A DNA stretch of 64,000 nt, from assembly GCA_964342815.1 (NCBI GenBank), contig CAYFHS010000005.1, positions 88,513-152,512 of the forward strand, given 5' to 3'. The stretch is from an uncultured archaeon. GTDB taxonomy: Archaea > Thermoplasmatota > Penumbrarchaeia > JASLWR01. A program made the position numbers and the translations under genes. The notes beneath the pieces were generated by a model. That model was not told the DNA's origin, did no database searches, and saw only the letters and a list, made by a program, of their open reading frames with translations. Of the stretch, positions 47,124 through 57,439 are shown in pieces; the stretch's first letter is position 1, and each line of letters opens with the position of its first letter.

Positions 47124-49576
47124 TTAAAGATCCAGATACGTCGACAACAGCATTTTCAGGTAATGGTCGCCGATATGCGATAAGGTCTCCATGGAGAGCT
47201 CCATCAGTTCCTTTCTTTCGAAATAGTTCATGCACATGTCGAAAAAAACCATTGCCTTTTCGATATCCCCACGGGTCGCACTTTCCTTCCCCCGGGCCAA
47301 GTTCCTCCGTATGGCTCCGGGGATGGCCGGCTCGTTGATAAGCGTATCGAGACAATCGTTGTAGTATCTGCGGGACTCCCCCATATCACCCAGATGATGA
47401 TATGCCCATCCCATGGCAGCGAAATAATCCGCCTTCAGCTCGCCCAGTTCCGCACAATTTGCCAGATTCGCACCTTCCTCGAACAAATTTTTAGCCGCCT
47501 GCCATTCCCCCTCTTTCATCAGTAAACGCCCAGTTTTAAGACCGATTACCAGGAAACGTCTGGCATCAGATAATTTAAAATTTTCAAGCTCGTTCCGTAA
47601 GGTACAAAGGCAGGCTGCCGTCTTCCCTTTAGCGTTCTCTTTTTCTTTTGGAACTGTGCGATCGGATCGTCCCAAAACTTTCTCGAGGACGGACGAAAGC
47701 GCCTTCAGATAATGGGCCCGTGCAAGTTCTCTATCTCCCAACCGAGACTGGATATCGCCAAGTAGTGAGAATATGATGAAACCGTCATCATGTGAGAGGT
47801 GATCGAGGTATTCGCCCTCCAATGTCTTTGACATCTCTTCCTGTCTGAATACCAATGGAAAAAGGTAATGGAAATGGCCTACTGCCGGTCCAAGGAAAGA
47901 GTACTCTCCGCAGTTCACCAGGTGGTGGAAGAAAGCAAGCAGATCGTCCTCATCCTCCTTCTCCATCATGCTGGTCGGCGTCCTTTCGTCTTCCCCCTTC
48001 TGAAGCCTATTTGTTGTCGTTTCCTTTAATCGGTGGAACAGGTAATCGGCTCTTCTCCGATGGGCGACCTTCCTCATTCCCGGGGACGACCACTTTTTAA
48101 AGAAATCCATTACTATATCGTGTATTTGGAGAACGGCCCCGTCCCTTATAAGCAAATTTTTCACCAAAAGAGAATTAATGGTGCTCCATCCAATTTCCAC
48201 CGGGTCTTCCGGGGATACCAGTATGATCTCCCCGTCAACGCATATCAGGGACCGGTGGTAGAGTAGATGTTCCACTTCCACGGGAGTTCTCGATATCGAC
48301 ATGTATTGAAGAACCTGTTTTCCGTCGGATCGAGCTTTGAGAATATCTCATTCTCCATGAACTCGCTCATATCGTGCAGGTCTTCCGGTGCGACCCCTTC
48401 GGACATCTTTGCCCCGATGAGCTCAACCGCAAGGGGATGACCCTTGGATATCTCCATAAGCGACGACAGGCACCCCGGCGTCACAGGGGTCTCTGTGACA
48501 GCCGATAACAATTTTTTCACGCTGTCCCCGTCCAGCCCCTGAAGCTTCATTTCGAATATCTTTTTTTCGAGAATGGTATCTCGCACATCGTAGAACTTCT
48601 TTTTTTCCCTGGAGAGTATCAGAAATCTTGCTCTATCGAAGTGTGCCGCCTCGTTCTTCATCATCACCATCAGTTCCACGATATCATCGGACGCAATGTG
48701 AAAATCATCGAAAACAAAGAAGAAATTTCCTTTTTCAAGCGATTCGATCAACGTCCGCGCTATTCCGGGTATATTTGTCTTGTCTGCAAACCGGCCCATG
48801 GTGTCGATCAGCTGAGGACGTCCCCTTCCACGGAGGAATTCACCCAATTCCAGCAGGAGGCTGCGTTTGTCGTCCCATGAATAGAACCTGTGCCAGAAAA
48901 CGCTTTCATCGGGTACGTTATTCCCTGCGTACCTTGCCCCAAGCGTCGTCTTGCCGATCCCGGCGAGGCCGTATATCACCACGAAACGGTACCCCTTGCC
49001 AAATGCGGTTTTTATATCATTGATCTCTTTTCCCCGTCCAAAAAAATGCCTGAGACCCGGGATCGATTCATTATGCTTTTTCTTTTCGCTAGGGGCCGGC
49101 GGAGGTACGTCTTCCTCTTTCGTTACAACAATGAGACTGGCCATATCGATGTAGCCTTTCTTCTCAAGGGTCCGGATCAGGTCTATCATTCGCGCGTGTG
49201 TACCGACAATGGCCGAACATTCTCCGAGAGTAAGCATCTCCGATCCTTTTGATTCGTTCCTGTGAACCTCCACCTTTACCTTTTTTAAACGATCTCGAAT
49301 ATTCTTAGTTTCTAAAAATCCTTCATGGGTCAGCAGATAACACTTTCGCCGCCGTTTAAGGCCTATCACATGACACAGCTTGCTGGTTACGACGTTGTCG
49401 TTGATAAGCTCTTTCATGGCCCTTGGAACTGCGCTTCTCATTATTCCTATTGATCGGGCAATGCCTTCCTGTGTGAGTGAAAAGGATTGCTCGAATGACC
49501 TGGATGGGGGGAAAAAGTCGAAAAGGTGCAGCAACGTCTTTTCCTTAACGGTGAGGGTCCATGTGGCCTTTCTCAT
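47124..49576 (-). pseudogene. STAND-type wHTH-NTPase-TPR regulator split by a 1-bp frameshift (ORFs 48245..49576 and 47124..48302)
   Basis: wHTH LTQEGIARSIG; Walker A GLAGIGKTT; Walker B FFFVFDDFH; SKGHPLAVELI. One extra A in the AAAA run (plus-strand TTTT 48318-48321) gives DPTEKQVLQYMSISRTP and a continuous ~817-aa protein with C-terminal TPRs. Confidence 0.8.
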
Positions 49577-49888
49577 ATTTTCAGATCCGTAGTTTTGTTA
49601 TTTTTTTTTTTTTTATAAATGACCGCTGAATATATCTTCATCTCATGATGAACCAAGGTATTAGTTTATTAATTAAATATAATCTGTCAAATCATTTAAA
49701 ATTTTATCCCAAATAATGGAATTTTGTTTATTAGGCTCTCTATTCAGGGATGGTCATTGTAAAGCATATAGGATAATGAGATAACTATTAAGTATCAATT
49801 ACGGATTTAGCCGTTAAGAATACTAGTTTGGGACCGCGATATTATTGAATAATGATTTGGCAGATAATGATTTGAAAATATCAAACAG

Positions 49889-51118
49889 GTGAAAAAGATG
49901 GATTTTGAACTATCAGAAGAGCAGTTGATGATCAAGGAGAGCGTAAGAGAATGGTGCAACAGGCACATGCCGATCGACAGGATCAGGGAAATGGAAATAA
50001 ACGGATATCCCTATCCCAAGGATATACCCAAAGGCCTGGGGGAACAGGGCTTTATCATGGGCGTGGTGCCGGAAGAACACGGCGGACTCGGTTTGGATTG
50101 GCTTACCCAGAGCCTGATATCGGAGGAGATAGGGTATGCCGACCCCACCATTGCCACTGCAGCGGCGTTCATGGCTGTAGGGACCGGTTGGGGTTTTGTG
50201 ATCGATAAATATGCGTCCGAAGAAATACGTGAGAAATTCGTAAGACCTGCAATCAAGGGTGAGAAGTTCGTAGGAATTGCTGCCACCGAACCAAGCGGCG
50301 GCTCGGACGTTGCCAATCACAAGTCCAACGCCAGAAAGGTAGGGGACGAATGGGTTCTTAACGGAGAAAAAACATTCATAAGCGGAGTGGAGGAGGCAAG
50401 GGAATGGGGCGGAGGCTACTGGACCAATGTAAAAACAGGCGGTACGGCCGGGGTATCCACACACAAAAACATGACGGCTTTTTTCGTTCCGGTGGACAGC
50501 GAAGGTTTTCATCCCGACGTCCCGTACAGAGATGCCGGACGACATTCCCTTTCAACTTCCGGATTCAGGATGGAGAACGTAAAGGTACCCGAAAACTACA
50601 TGCTCGGAGAGAAAAACAGGGGTTTTTATGGGACCATGGAAGGATTTGACAACGCGAGAATACTTATCGGTGCCAGTGCTGTCGGTGTTACGGAACGTCT
50701 TCTCGACGTTGCCATGGAATACATAAAGGAAAGACATACCTTCGGAAAACCCCTGGCCAAGTATGAGGGGATCCAGTTCGAATTGGTCAAGCTTTACAGA
50801 GAAATGGAGGCCACGAGATTGCTGGTTTACAAGACGGCCTGGATGCAGGATAAACGCTACCAGGAAGGAAAATACAAGCCGAAAGAGGTGGCCAAGTGGA
50901 TATCAATGATCAAATGGAAGGCACCTCATCTCGCATTGAAGGCTGCCAACCAGACCATGCATTGGCTTGGCGCGGCGGGTTATACCGACGAATATCCAAT
51001 CGAGATGGCCTGGCGGGGCGTGATGTCCTACTGCGTGGGGGCCGAGGGCGGCGCAAATATTCAGAAAATTGTGATCGGAAGGGAATTACTGGGCCCGGAG
51101 TACGTACCTTACAAGTGA
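49889..51118 (+). CDS. Acyl-CoA dehydrogenase
   Basis: TEPSGGSD, LNGEKTFISG, RHTFGKPL, QFEL and GAEGGANIQKIVIGR motifs. Confidence 0.93.
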   Translation: MKKMDFELSEEQLMIKESVREWCNRHMPIDRIREMEINGYPYPKDIPKGLGEQGFIMGVVPEEHGGLGLDWLTQSLISEEIGYADPTIATAAAFMAVGTGWGFVIDKYASEEIREKFVRPAIKGEKFVGIAATEPSGGSDVANHKSNARKVGDEWVLNGEKTFISGVEEAREWGGGYWTNVKTGGTAGVSTHKNMTAFFVPVDSEGFHPDVPYRDAGRHSLSTSGFRMENVKVPENYMLGEKNRGFYGTMEGFDNARILIGASAVGVTERLLDVAMEYIKERHTFGKPLAKYEGIQFELVKLYREMEATRLLVYKTAWMQDKRYQEGKYKPKEVAKWISMIKWKAPHLALKAANQTMHWLGAAGYTDEYPIEMAWRGVMSYCVGAEGGANIQKIVIGRELLGPEYVPYK

Positions 51119-51149
51119 GCCAGTAACGAAAATTATTTGGGGTGATTTA

Positions 51150-51248
51150 ATGAAATTCGTAGTATGTGTAAAACAGGTCCCCCGAGAGTTTTTTTCTTTA
51201 TCCAAACCCTGCGCTGGCTCGGTCACGAAAAGAAAAAAAATTCGGTAA
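51150..51248 (+). other. 32-codon upstream ORF whose first 11 codons duplicate the EtfB N-terminus (MKFVVCVKQVP)
   Basis: GGGGTGATTTA-ATGAAATTCGTAGTATGTGTAAAACAGGTCCCC versus etfB ATGAAATTTGTAGTATGTGTGAAGCAAGTTCCC; the five differences are all synonymous. Confidence 0.8.
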
Positions 51249-51290
51249 AAAGAACCGTGACCTCACTTGCTCGGTTTTGGAGGAGATGAT

Positions 51291-52082
51291 ATGAAATTTG
51301 TAGTATGTGTGAAGCAAGTTCCCGATACCACTGAGGTAGAGGTGAACAAGGAGACAGGAACAATAATCCGCGAAGGGGTTCCAAGTATACTCAATCCCTT
51401 CGACGAGTTCGCACTGAACGTGGCGCTGAAGGTAAAGGAGAAGGTTGATGCCCATATAGTGGCACTCAGCATGGGACCGCCGCAAGCCGAGCAGGCTCTT
51501 AAAAAATGCCTTGCCATAGGTGCCGATGAGGCGATCCTGCTCAGCGATCGAGCCTTTGCCGGGTCGGATACGTGGGTCACATCTCTGGTCCTTGCAAGAG
51601 CAGTTCGTAAAATTGGCGATGCCGATATAATATTTTGCGGGCAGCAGGCCATCGACGGGGATACTGCTCAAGTCGGTCCCGAAATGGCTCAACATCTCGG
51701 ACTGCCGCAGGTAACTTACATGGAGGAAGTGGAGGAAGTGGGGAAATCCAATGTGATCTGCCGGAAGGAGACCGATGATGGATATATCCGTATAAAATGC
51801 AAACTTCCTGCGCTTCTCGCTTGCCTTGCCACCAGTGATTTCGAGCCGAGAATTCCTAATATCCGGGATATTTTCAGAGCGAAGAAGAAGCCACTGCACC
51901 AGTGGAATATGGGAGATATCGGGGGTGGCCTCGAAGAATACGGGCTGGAGGGTTCTGCCACGCAGGTGATAAAATCCTATGCTCCATCGGAGCGAGGTGA
52001 TTGCGTGATGGTCGATGAACCCCCCGAAGCCGCGGTCAAGAAGATACTGGAGTTCCTGAGCGATCAGGGGGTGATAGGTTGA
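51291..52082 (+). CDS. etfB: Electron transfer flavoprotein beta subunit
   Basis: MKFVVCVKQVPD, NPFDEFAL, LSMGPPQA, DRAFAGSDT and GQQAIDGDTAQVGP motifs; ATG at 51291 after GGAGGAG. Confidence 0.95.
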   Translation: MKFVVCVKQVPDTTEVEVNKETGTIIREGVPSILNPFDEFALNVALKVKEKVDAHIVALSMGPPQAEQALKKCLAIGADEAILLSDRAFAGSDTWVTSLVLARAVRKIGDADIIFCGQQAIDGDTAQVGPEMAQHLGLPQVTYMEEVEEVGKSNVICRKETDDGYIRIKCKLPALLACLATSDFEPRIPNIRDIFRAKKKPLHQWNMGDIGGGLEEYGLEGSATQVIKSYAPSERGDCVMVDEPPEAAVKKILEFLSDQGVIG

Positions 52083-53269
52083 TAGTGGTGGATGGGGATA
52101 AATGTACCGGTTGCGGGGTATGCGTCAAGGCTTGTTCTTTCGATGCTCTGGAGCTGGTGGGAAAGCTTGCTGTATTTGACGACGGGAAGTGCACCTACTG
52201 TGGAGTATGCATATCGGCCTGTCCCACGGATGCCATCGACATGGAGAGAAAACCGCAAACCGCCGACGTATCCGCTTACAAGGGAATATGGGTATTTGCG
52301 GAGCAAAATGGGGGCAAGCTGAAGAACGTGGTCTTCGAACTTCTTGGAAAGGGAAAGGAGATCGCAGAGGAGCTTGGTGAACCGTTATGTGCGGTTCTAC
52401 TGGGGAATAAGTTGGAAGATCTCCCGAAGGTTCTGGCATCATACGGTGCGGACAAGGTCTATATGATAGACGGCGAAGTATTCGATAAGTATTCCACTGA
52501 TGGCTACAAAAGCGCCATCTCGATGCTGATAACGAAATACAAACCCAATATACTACTGTTCGGGGCCACACATGTGGGAAGGGATCTGGCGCCTACGGTG
52601 GCGGCACACCTGGGCTTAGGTCTTACTGCTGACTGTACTGGTCTGTCCATAGTGGAGGATAAATATCTTCTCCAGACACGTCCAGCATTTGGCGGGAATC
52701 TCATGGCCGACATATTAACTCCCGATACAAGACCGCAGATGGCCACGGTGAGGCCCAACGTCATGAAGAGACCCGAGCCGGAAGAGGGTCGGGAATGCGA
52801 GCTTGTGTCTGAAGAGTTCGAGATAAATCCCAGAAATATAAGAACGGAGATATTGGAAGTGATCACCGGCATGGTGGAGGGTGAAAAACCAGTGGAGGAA
52901 GCCGATATTATAATATCAGGCGGAAGGGGGGTTGGTGCACCGGAAAATTTTGACATGCTGAAGGCAGTGGCAAGAAGTCTCAAGGGTACTATCGGGTGCA
53001 GCAGGCCCGTGGTGGAACTGGGGTGGATGCCGAAATCAAGGCAGGTGGGTCAGAGCGGGAAGACGGTTTCGCCCACTCTTTACATGGCCTGCGGCATATC
53101 GGGGGCCATTCAGCACAGGGTGGGTATTCGAAATTCCGATATAATAATCGCGATAAACAAGGACCGGGAAGCGCCGATATTCGAGCTTGCGAACCTGGGT
53201 GTCATTGGCGATATATTCAAGATTTTACCGTTGCTGGCCCAGGAGCTCAGTAAAAGATTATCCGAATAA
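52079..53269 (+). CDS. etfA: Electron transfer flavoprotein alpha subunit with an N-terminal 2x[4Fe-4S] ferredoxin domain
   Basis: CTGCGVCVKAC and CTYCGVCISACP; GLTADCT; RPAFGGN; SGGRG; QVGQSGKTV; GISGAIQH. Confidence 0.95.
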   Translation: MIVVDGDKCTGCGVCVKACSFDALELVGKLAVFDDGKCTYCGVCISACPTDAIDMERKPQTADVSAYKGIWVFAEQNGGKLKNVVFELLGKGKEIAEELGEPLCAVLLGNKLEDLPKVLASYGADKVYMIDGEVFDKYSTDGYKSAISMLITKYKPNILLFGATHVGRDLAPTVAAHLGLGLTADCTGLSIVEDKYLLQTRPAFGGNLMADILTPDTRPQMATVRPNVMKRPEPEEGRECELVSEEFEINPRNIRTEILEVITGMVEGEKPVEEADIIISGGRGVGAPENFDMLKAVARSLKGTIGCSRPVVELGWMPKSRQVGQSGKTVSPTLYMACGISGAIQHRVGIRNSDIIIAINKDREAPIFELANLGVIGDIFKILPLLAQELSKRLSE

Positions 53270-53332
53270 TCGAAACCGCATCCTAGGAGTTGGGAATTCA
53301 TATCGATAATAATCAATTAAGGAGTTTATAGG

Positions 53333-53905
53333 ATGAAACCGAAAATTAAGATAGGTCTCGGCATTGTTGTTGCGCTGGCATTATTTAATGTACTTGAACC
53401 CGCAAGCGCTGCAAATGACAGAGAATTCAATGTGGTGTCCACCACCCCTGTGGATGGTTCGAAGGACGTATCCGTCGATACCAGCGTTTCAATCACCTTT
53501 TCAGCGCCAGCAAACGAGAGCACACTAACTGCGGCTAACTTCATAGTGATGAATACGCATGACGGAGACTTCTTCGATGGTGATATCAGTTATGATAACC
53601 CCACTTTTACCGTGATATTATCGAACTTTTCATTCAGGGGCGGAGGGCAGCTTGAGGGGGGTGGAGGTCTGCACCGAGGGGCGAATATCGTTGTCAAACT
53701 GCTCAATATAGAGGACATTTACGGAAATAAGCTCGTGGGTAGTGACGGAATTGCCGGCAGCAATTTCGAATTTCATTTCGATGTCGAGCCTCGTGAAACG
53801 GAGGCTGATGAAGATTCACCAGGCTTTGGTCTGCTTGCAGTGATTATTGGGGTCGTTGCAGTGATGGCACTGATGAGGCTGGCAAAAAGCGAACACAGGA
53901 AATAG
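53333..53905 (+). CDS. Secreted Ig-like (Big_5/SbsA-like) protein with a PGF-CTERM-like C-terminal sorting signal
   Basis: Signal peptide; VSTTPVDGSKDVSVDTSVSITFS; terminal DSPGFGLLAVIIGVVAVMALMR followed by a basic tail. Confidence 0.8.
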   Translation: MKPKIKIGLGIVVALALFNVLEPASAANDREFNVVSTTPVDGSKDVSVDTSVSITFSAPANESTLTAANFIVMNTHDGDFFDGDISYDNPTFTVILSNFSFRGGGQLEGGGGLHRGANIVVKLLNIEDIYGNKLVGSDGIAGSNFEFHFDVEPRETEADEDSPGFGLLAVIIGVVAVMALMRLAKSEHRK

Positions 53906-53982
53906 AAAATTACATATCTTACAGTAGACAATACCGTCATATATCCGCAAGTACGAGTGAGATCATTTGGAGAGGAATCGAA

Positions 53983-54999
53983 TTGACACGACGGTACTAC
54001 GATGAGGACGAGGACGAATTTATCGAAGGCGAATGGCTCAGCGGGGAACCTCCAAATGTTCGAAGCGAGGACATTCGCGTAAAACGGGTCCGGGGAACTG
54101 AAGGATTCGGACCACCGCGCAGTTTTTCAAAAAAGTTCACCATAAGAATTGATCCAAAATTCACCTTCGGGAGGGGCGGACCGGGATATAGGCCTCCATC
54201 GCCGCAGATGCCTTCCGGAAAAAAAGGATTCTCATTTTCTGAGATGGAAAGAAAACATCTGTTTTTTGCGACGATAGTAATTATTGTTGCGTTCATGATG
54301 TTTTTCCATCGTGGGATTTCAGCGGGATTAAATAACTTGTTTACCTGGCCTTATTTTTTAGTTGTATTATTAGCAGCATTGGTAGCTGTACTCACAGGTT
54401 TTCTTACACATGAAATGGCCCATAAATTCACTGCTCAAAAAATGGGATATTGGGCAGAATTCAGGTATAGTACTTCCGGACTCTTTTTTGCATTATTATT
54501 TTCACTATTTGGATTTATAATAGCTGCACCTGGAGCAGTCTATATACATGGTCGATTAAGTAAAAAGGAGAACGGAATCACTTCATTTGCCGGACCACTA
54601 ATAAATTCCATATGGGGAACCATATTTATCGGAGGAATATTTCTTTTGAACATGATGAATGTTCCAGGGACTGATTCTTTAAAGTTAGGTAGTGAACCGT
54701 TAATTTTTTTCAGTTGGGATATTATTAATGGAATGGAGAATGTCTCTCTTTATTGGCAGATTCTTTGGTCGATTATATCGTGGGGATTCATATTAAATAC
54801 TTTCTTTGCAGCCTTTAACCTACTGCCGATCCGTTTTTTGGGTCTGGACGGCTACAAGATCCTTGATTGGAATTATATAGTATATTTTTTCTTCGTTGCT
54901 GTGGTCACGGGTTTTTTATATCTATCATTAGGAACAACATATACCGGTATCTTCGTTGTAATCTGTTTTGTAATGGGTATTTACAGGAAAATGGGTTAA
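53983..54999 (+). CDS. Site-2 protease (peptidase M50 family)
   Basis: THEMAH (HExxH), AGP and FNLLP...LDG motifs; several TM helices; N-terminal soluble extension. Confidence 0.92.
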   Translation: MTRRYYDEDEDEFIEGEWLSGEPPNVRSEDIRVKRVRGTEGFGPPRSFSKKFTIRIDPKFTFGRGGPGYRPPSPQMPSGKKGFSFSEMERKHLFFATIVIIVAFMMFFHRGISAGLNNLFTWPYFLVVLLAALVAVLTGFLTHEMAHKFTAQKMGYWAEFRYSTSGLFFALLFSLFGFIIAAPGAVYIHGRLSKKENGITSFAGPLINSIWGTIFIGGIFLLNMMNVPGTDSLKLGSEPLIFFSWDIINGMENVSLYWQILWSIISWGFILNTFFAAFNLLPIRFLGLDGYKILDWNYIVYFFFVAVVTGFLYLSLGTTYTGIFVVICFVMGIYRKMG

Positions 55000-55052
55000 T
55001 TATTATGCCTCCTTCCAAATTCTATTCCCATTGTACTATTGAATCAATCCAA

Positions 55053-57323
55053 TCAATCTTGCTTATACTTTCCACTCTTATCCCGTTTTACAAATGTCGA
55101 AATCCCGATCACCCCGCCCACGATCAATACTACCAAAACGATCCAGAACAGCAATCCATCACCGGCCTCTTTCTCACCCGCCACCGGCTCAGGCAGGGTG
55201 ACGCCGCCGGTATCGTAATGCTGAACTTCAACGGCATGGATCCCGGTACCTTTACCGGAAGGCGAGAGACTGGAATATCCCGCGTAACGAGAGACGTAAC
55301 TTGCAGTTCCTTCACCAGGTAGATCGAAGACAACGCTCATGGAGTATTCAATACGCAGTTCCACATAGTTTATCCCTTGGAGCGGGCGTGGAAGTTTTAT
55401 CCCCATACCCTCAATCCCGAAGGTCCATATCCCCGGGCCAGAAACATCGAGCTCAGCAGAGTCATCTCCTCCTGCAATCGATAAATCGCTTCTGTAATCA
55501 ACGCTGCCGTCCCCGTTGTAATCTATGGTGAAGGCGAGATCGGCGGCTTTGAACTCAGCAAGGTTCAGGGTGGAAAATTCGAGTTTTACTCGTGCCCCCG
55601 TGGCCCCCTCCGGAACCACTACTAACTTCGTCTGGTTGACCAGTGACAAAGGATTCCCCGTCTGGTCGTTATACCGCGAGAACTCGCCGGACCATACAGC
55701 TTCCGCTTTAGATGTATTTACCAAATGATACCCATTCACCTCGGAGTCATCATATGCAATTATCGCATCACCCACCGTAACGTTTTTATTGGGATACTTG
55801 GCGCGGAGAGCCTCAAGGGTAAGAGCGATCCCCACTGCCCTTTTTGCGTCCACGATACCGTAACCCTGGACATAATCAACAGGCTTTCCCCACCATCCAG
55901 TTGAATTTTCATCACCACCAACATTCCCATGTTCAGCAGTTGGCGTCAGGAAATGGGCAGAAGCTTCCAGTATCCATTCTGCATCGTGTATTCGTGTTAA
56001 CGGGTTCGAGTTCCATTCTTTTCGTTCCTCACCCGAATAGTCTTCATGCATTGGTGATATGTCCATGGAAGGACATGCCTGCCACAGCAGTGCAACAAGG
56101 CCAGCCACGTGAGGGGTGGACATGGATGTGCCGCTAATGGCAAGATAATAAGGATCTTTGTTTCCTGTTACATACGATATCCCGCTTATCACGGTTCTCC
56201 TTGCAGAGCAGGACCAGATGGATTTTCCCGGGGCTCCGATGTCGGGATATGTATGGTTGTCCCCAATCTTTCCTCTGGATGAGAAATCGGTAACCGCGGA
56301 ACCGTCCCTTTCATAGGCAGCCACCATAATCGCGATTGGTATATTTCCCTGGCCCGATGTGGTCAGTTCGTCACCGTTTGGATCGTCACGCCCGTCGTTT
56401 CCGGCCGACCAGGTGGAGACGACGTTGTTTTCGAAGGTCAGTTTCTCGATGGTCTTGGTGAGCATGGATGAGGGGTCGTACTCCGTCACGGTTGAATGCC
56501 AAGAATTTGTCACTACTCTTATATTGTATGGATTGGCCCCAGGCTGCGAATGGTCGTAGACCCATTCCAGCCCCTGAATATAACCATCTTCGTAGGGAGA
56601 TGTTGCTTCTTCAGGGATGGAAACGGTAACTCCAATTAGGTTTGCTGCAGGTGCAACCCCTCTTCTCGCGCCGGCCGACGCGTCTCCGTTGCCTGCCACG
56701 GTGCCTGCCACGTGGGTCCCATGCCCGTAGTTCGTATCGGTGTTCTCCGCCTCGATCCAGGTACCGTCTCCTGCATCGTAGACGTTCTTTATGGTGGTGG
56801 AACCGTAATCTAGATCGGGGTGGCCGGCATCTATTCCCGTATCGACAACGCATACCGTCACGCCCTTTCCGTCTATGGGCGCCGATTCACCTGTATCCGA
56901 GCGGATCACCGAGGACCAGACCTGGGTTGCGTTTATCACGTGCGTGCCCATCTCCATGTCGATAACAACAGGATCATTGTGCTCGACGTAAATTATTCGG
57001 TCATTCTCAAGCAGATGGGTCAGGGCGTCCCGGGGTCCGTGTATCGAAAGGGCGGGAACGATATTGAACGTACGTTGAACGCTGAAACCGAGAGATTCCA
57101 TGAATTCGTGATCCGCTTTACTGGCCTCTGAGGAAAACTGCACGATCAGACCAATTTCATTTTTTTCTGTCTGAAGGGCTTCATCGAGGTCCGGGCTGAG
57201 GCGTGATCTTTCAAGGATGCCGCCAGGAGTGGTTTCCGATCCTTCCGTGGAGGTCGGTGGAACAAAACCGGGTGCAACGAAAAGAAATAATAAAAGGACG
57301 GAAACAAGATATCTGTATTTCAT
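55053..57323 (-). CDS. Membrane-anchored subtilisin-like S8 serine peptidase with an I9-like propeptide
   Basis: Catalytic triad VVDTG, HGTHVAG and GTSMSTP; signal peptide from the likely start MKYRYLVSV (ORF-track start 57350); C-terminal TM. Confidence 0.93.
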   Translation of the reverse strand: MKYRYLVSVLLLFLFVAPGFVPPTSTEGSETTPGGILERSRLSPDLDEALQTEKNEIGLIVQFSSEASKADHEFMESLGFSVQRTFNIVPALSIHGPRDALTHLLENDRIIYVEHNDPVVIDMEMGTHVINATQVWSSVIRSDTGESAPIDGKGVTVCVVDTGIDAGHPDLDYGSTTIKNVYDAGDGTWIEAENTDTNYGHGTHVAGTVAGNGDASAGARRGVAPAANLIGVTVSIPEEATSPYEDGYIQGLEWVYDHSQPGANPYNIRVVTNSWHSTVTEYDPSSMLTKTIEKLTFENNVVSTWSAGNDGRDDPNGDELTTSGQGNIPIAIMVAAYERDGSAVTDFSSRGKIGDNHTYPDIGAPGKSIWSCSARRTVISGISYVTGNKDPYYLAISGTSMSTPHVAGLVALLWQACPSMDISPMHEDYSGEERKEWNSNPLTRIHDAEWILEASAHFLTPTAEHGNVGGDENSTGWWGKPVDYVQGYGIVDAKRAVGIALTLEALRAKYPNKNVTVGDAIIAYDDSEVNGYHLVNTSKAEAVWSGEFSRYNDQTGNPLSLVNQTKLVVVPEGATGARVKLEFSTLNLAEFKAADLAFTIDYNGDGSVDYRSDLSIAGGDDSAELDVSGPGIWTFGIEGMGIKLPRPLQGINYVELRIEYSMSVVFDLPGEGTASYVSRYAGYSSLSPSGKGTGIHAVEVQHYDTGGVTLPEPVAGEKEAGDGLLFWIVLVVLIVGGVIGISTFVKRDKSGKYKQD

Positions 57324-57439
57324 TGATATGATAACAATGCATATCTGCAATAAATTTTATGTCGTATTTTTCCGTGTGACGTCCTCATCTCCCATGGATT
57401 GACCTTCTCTTTGAGAATTCCAACCGGATAAACTTAACT

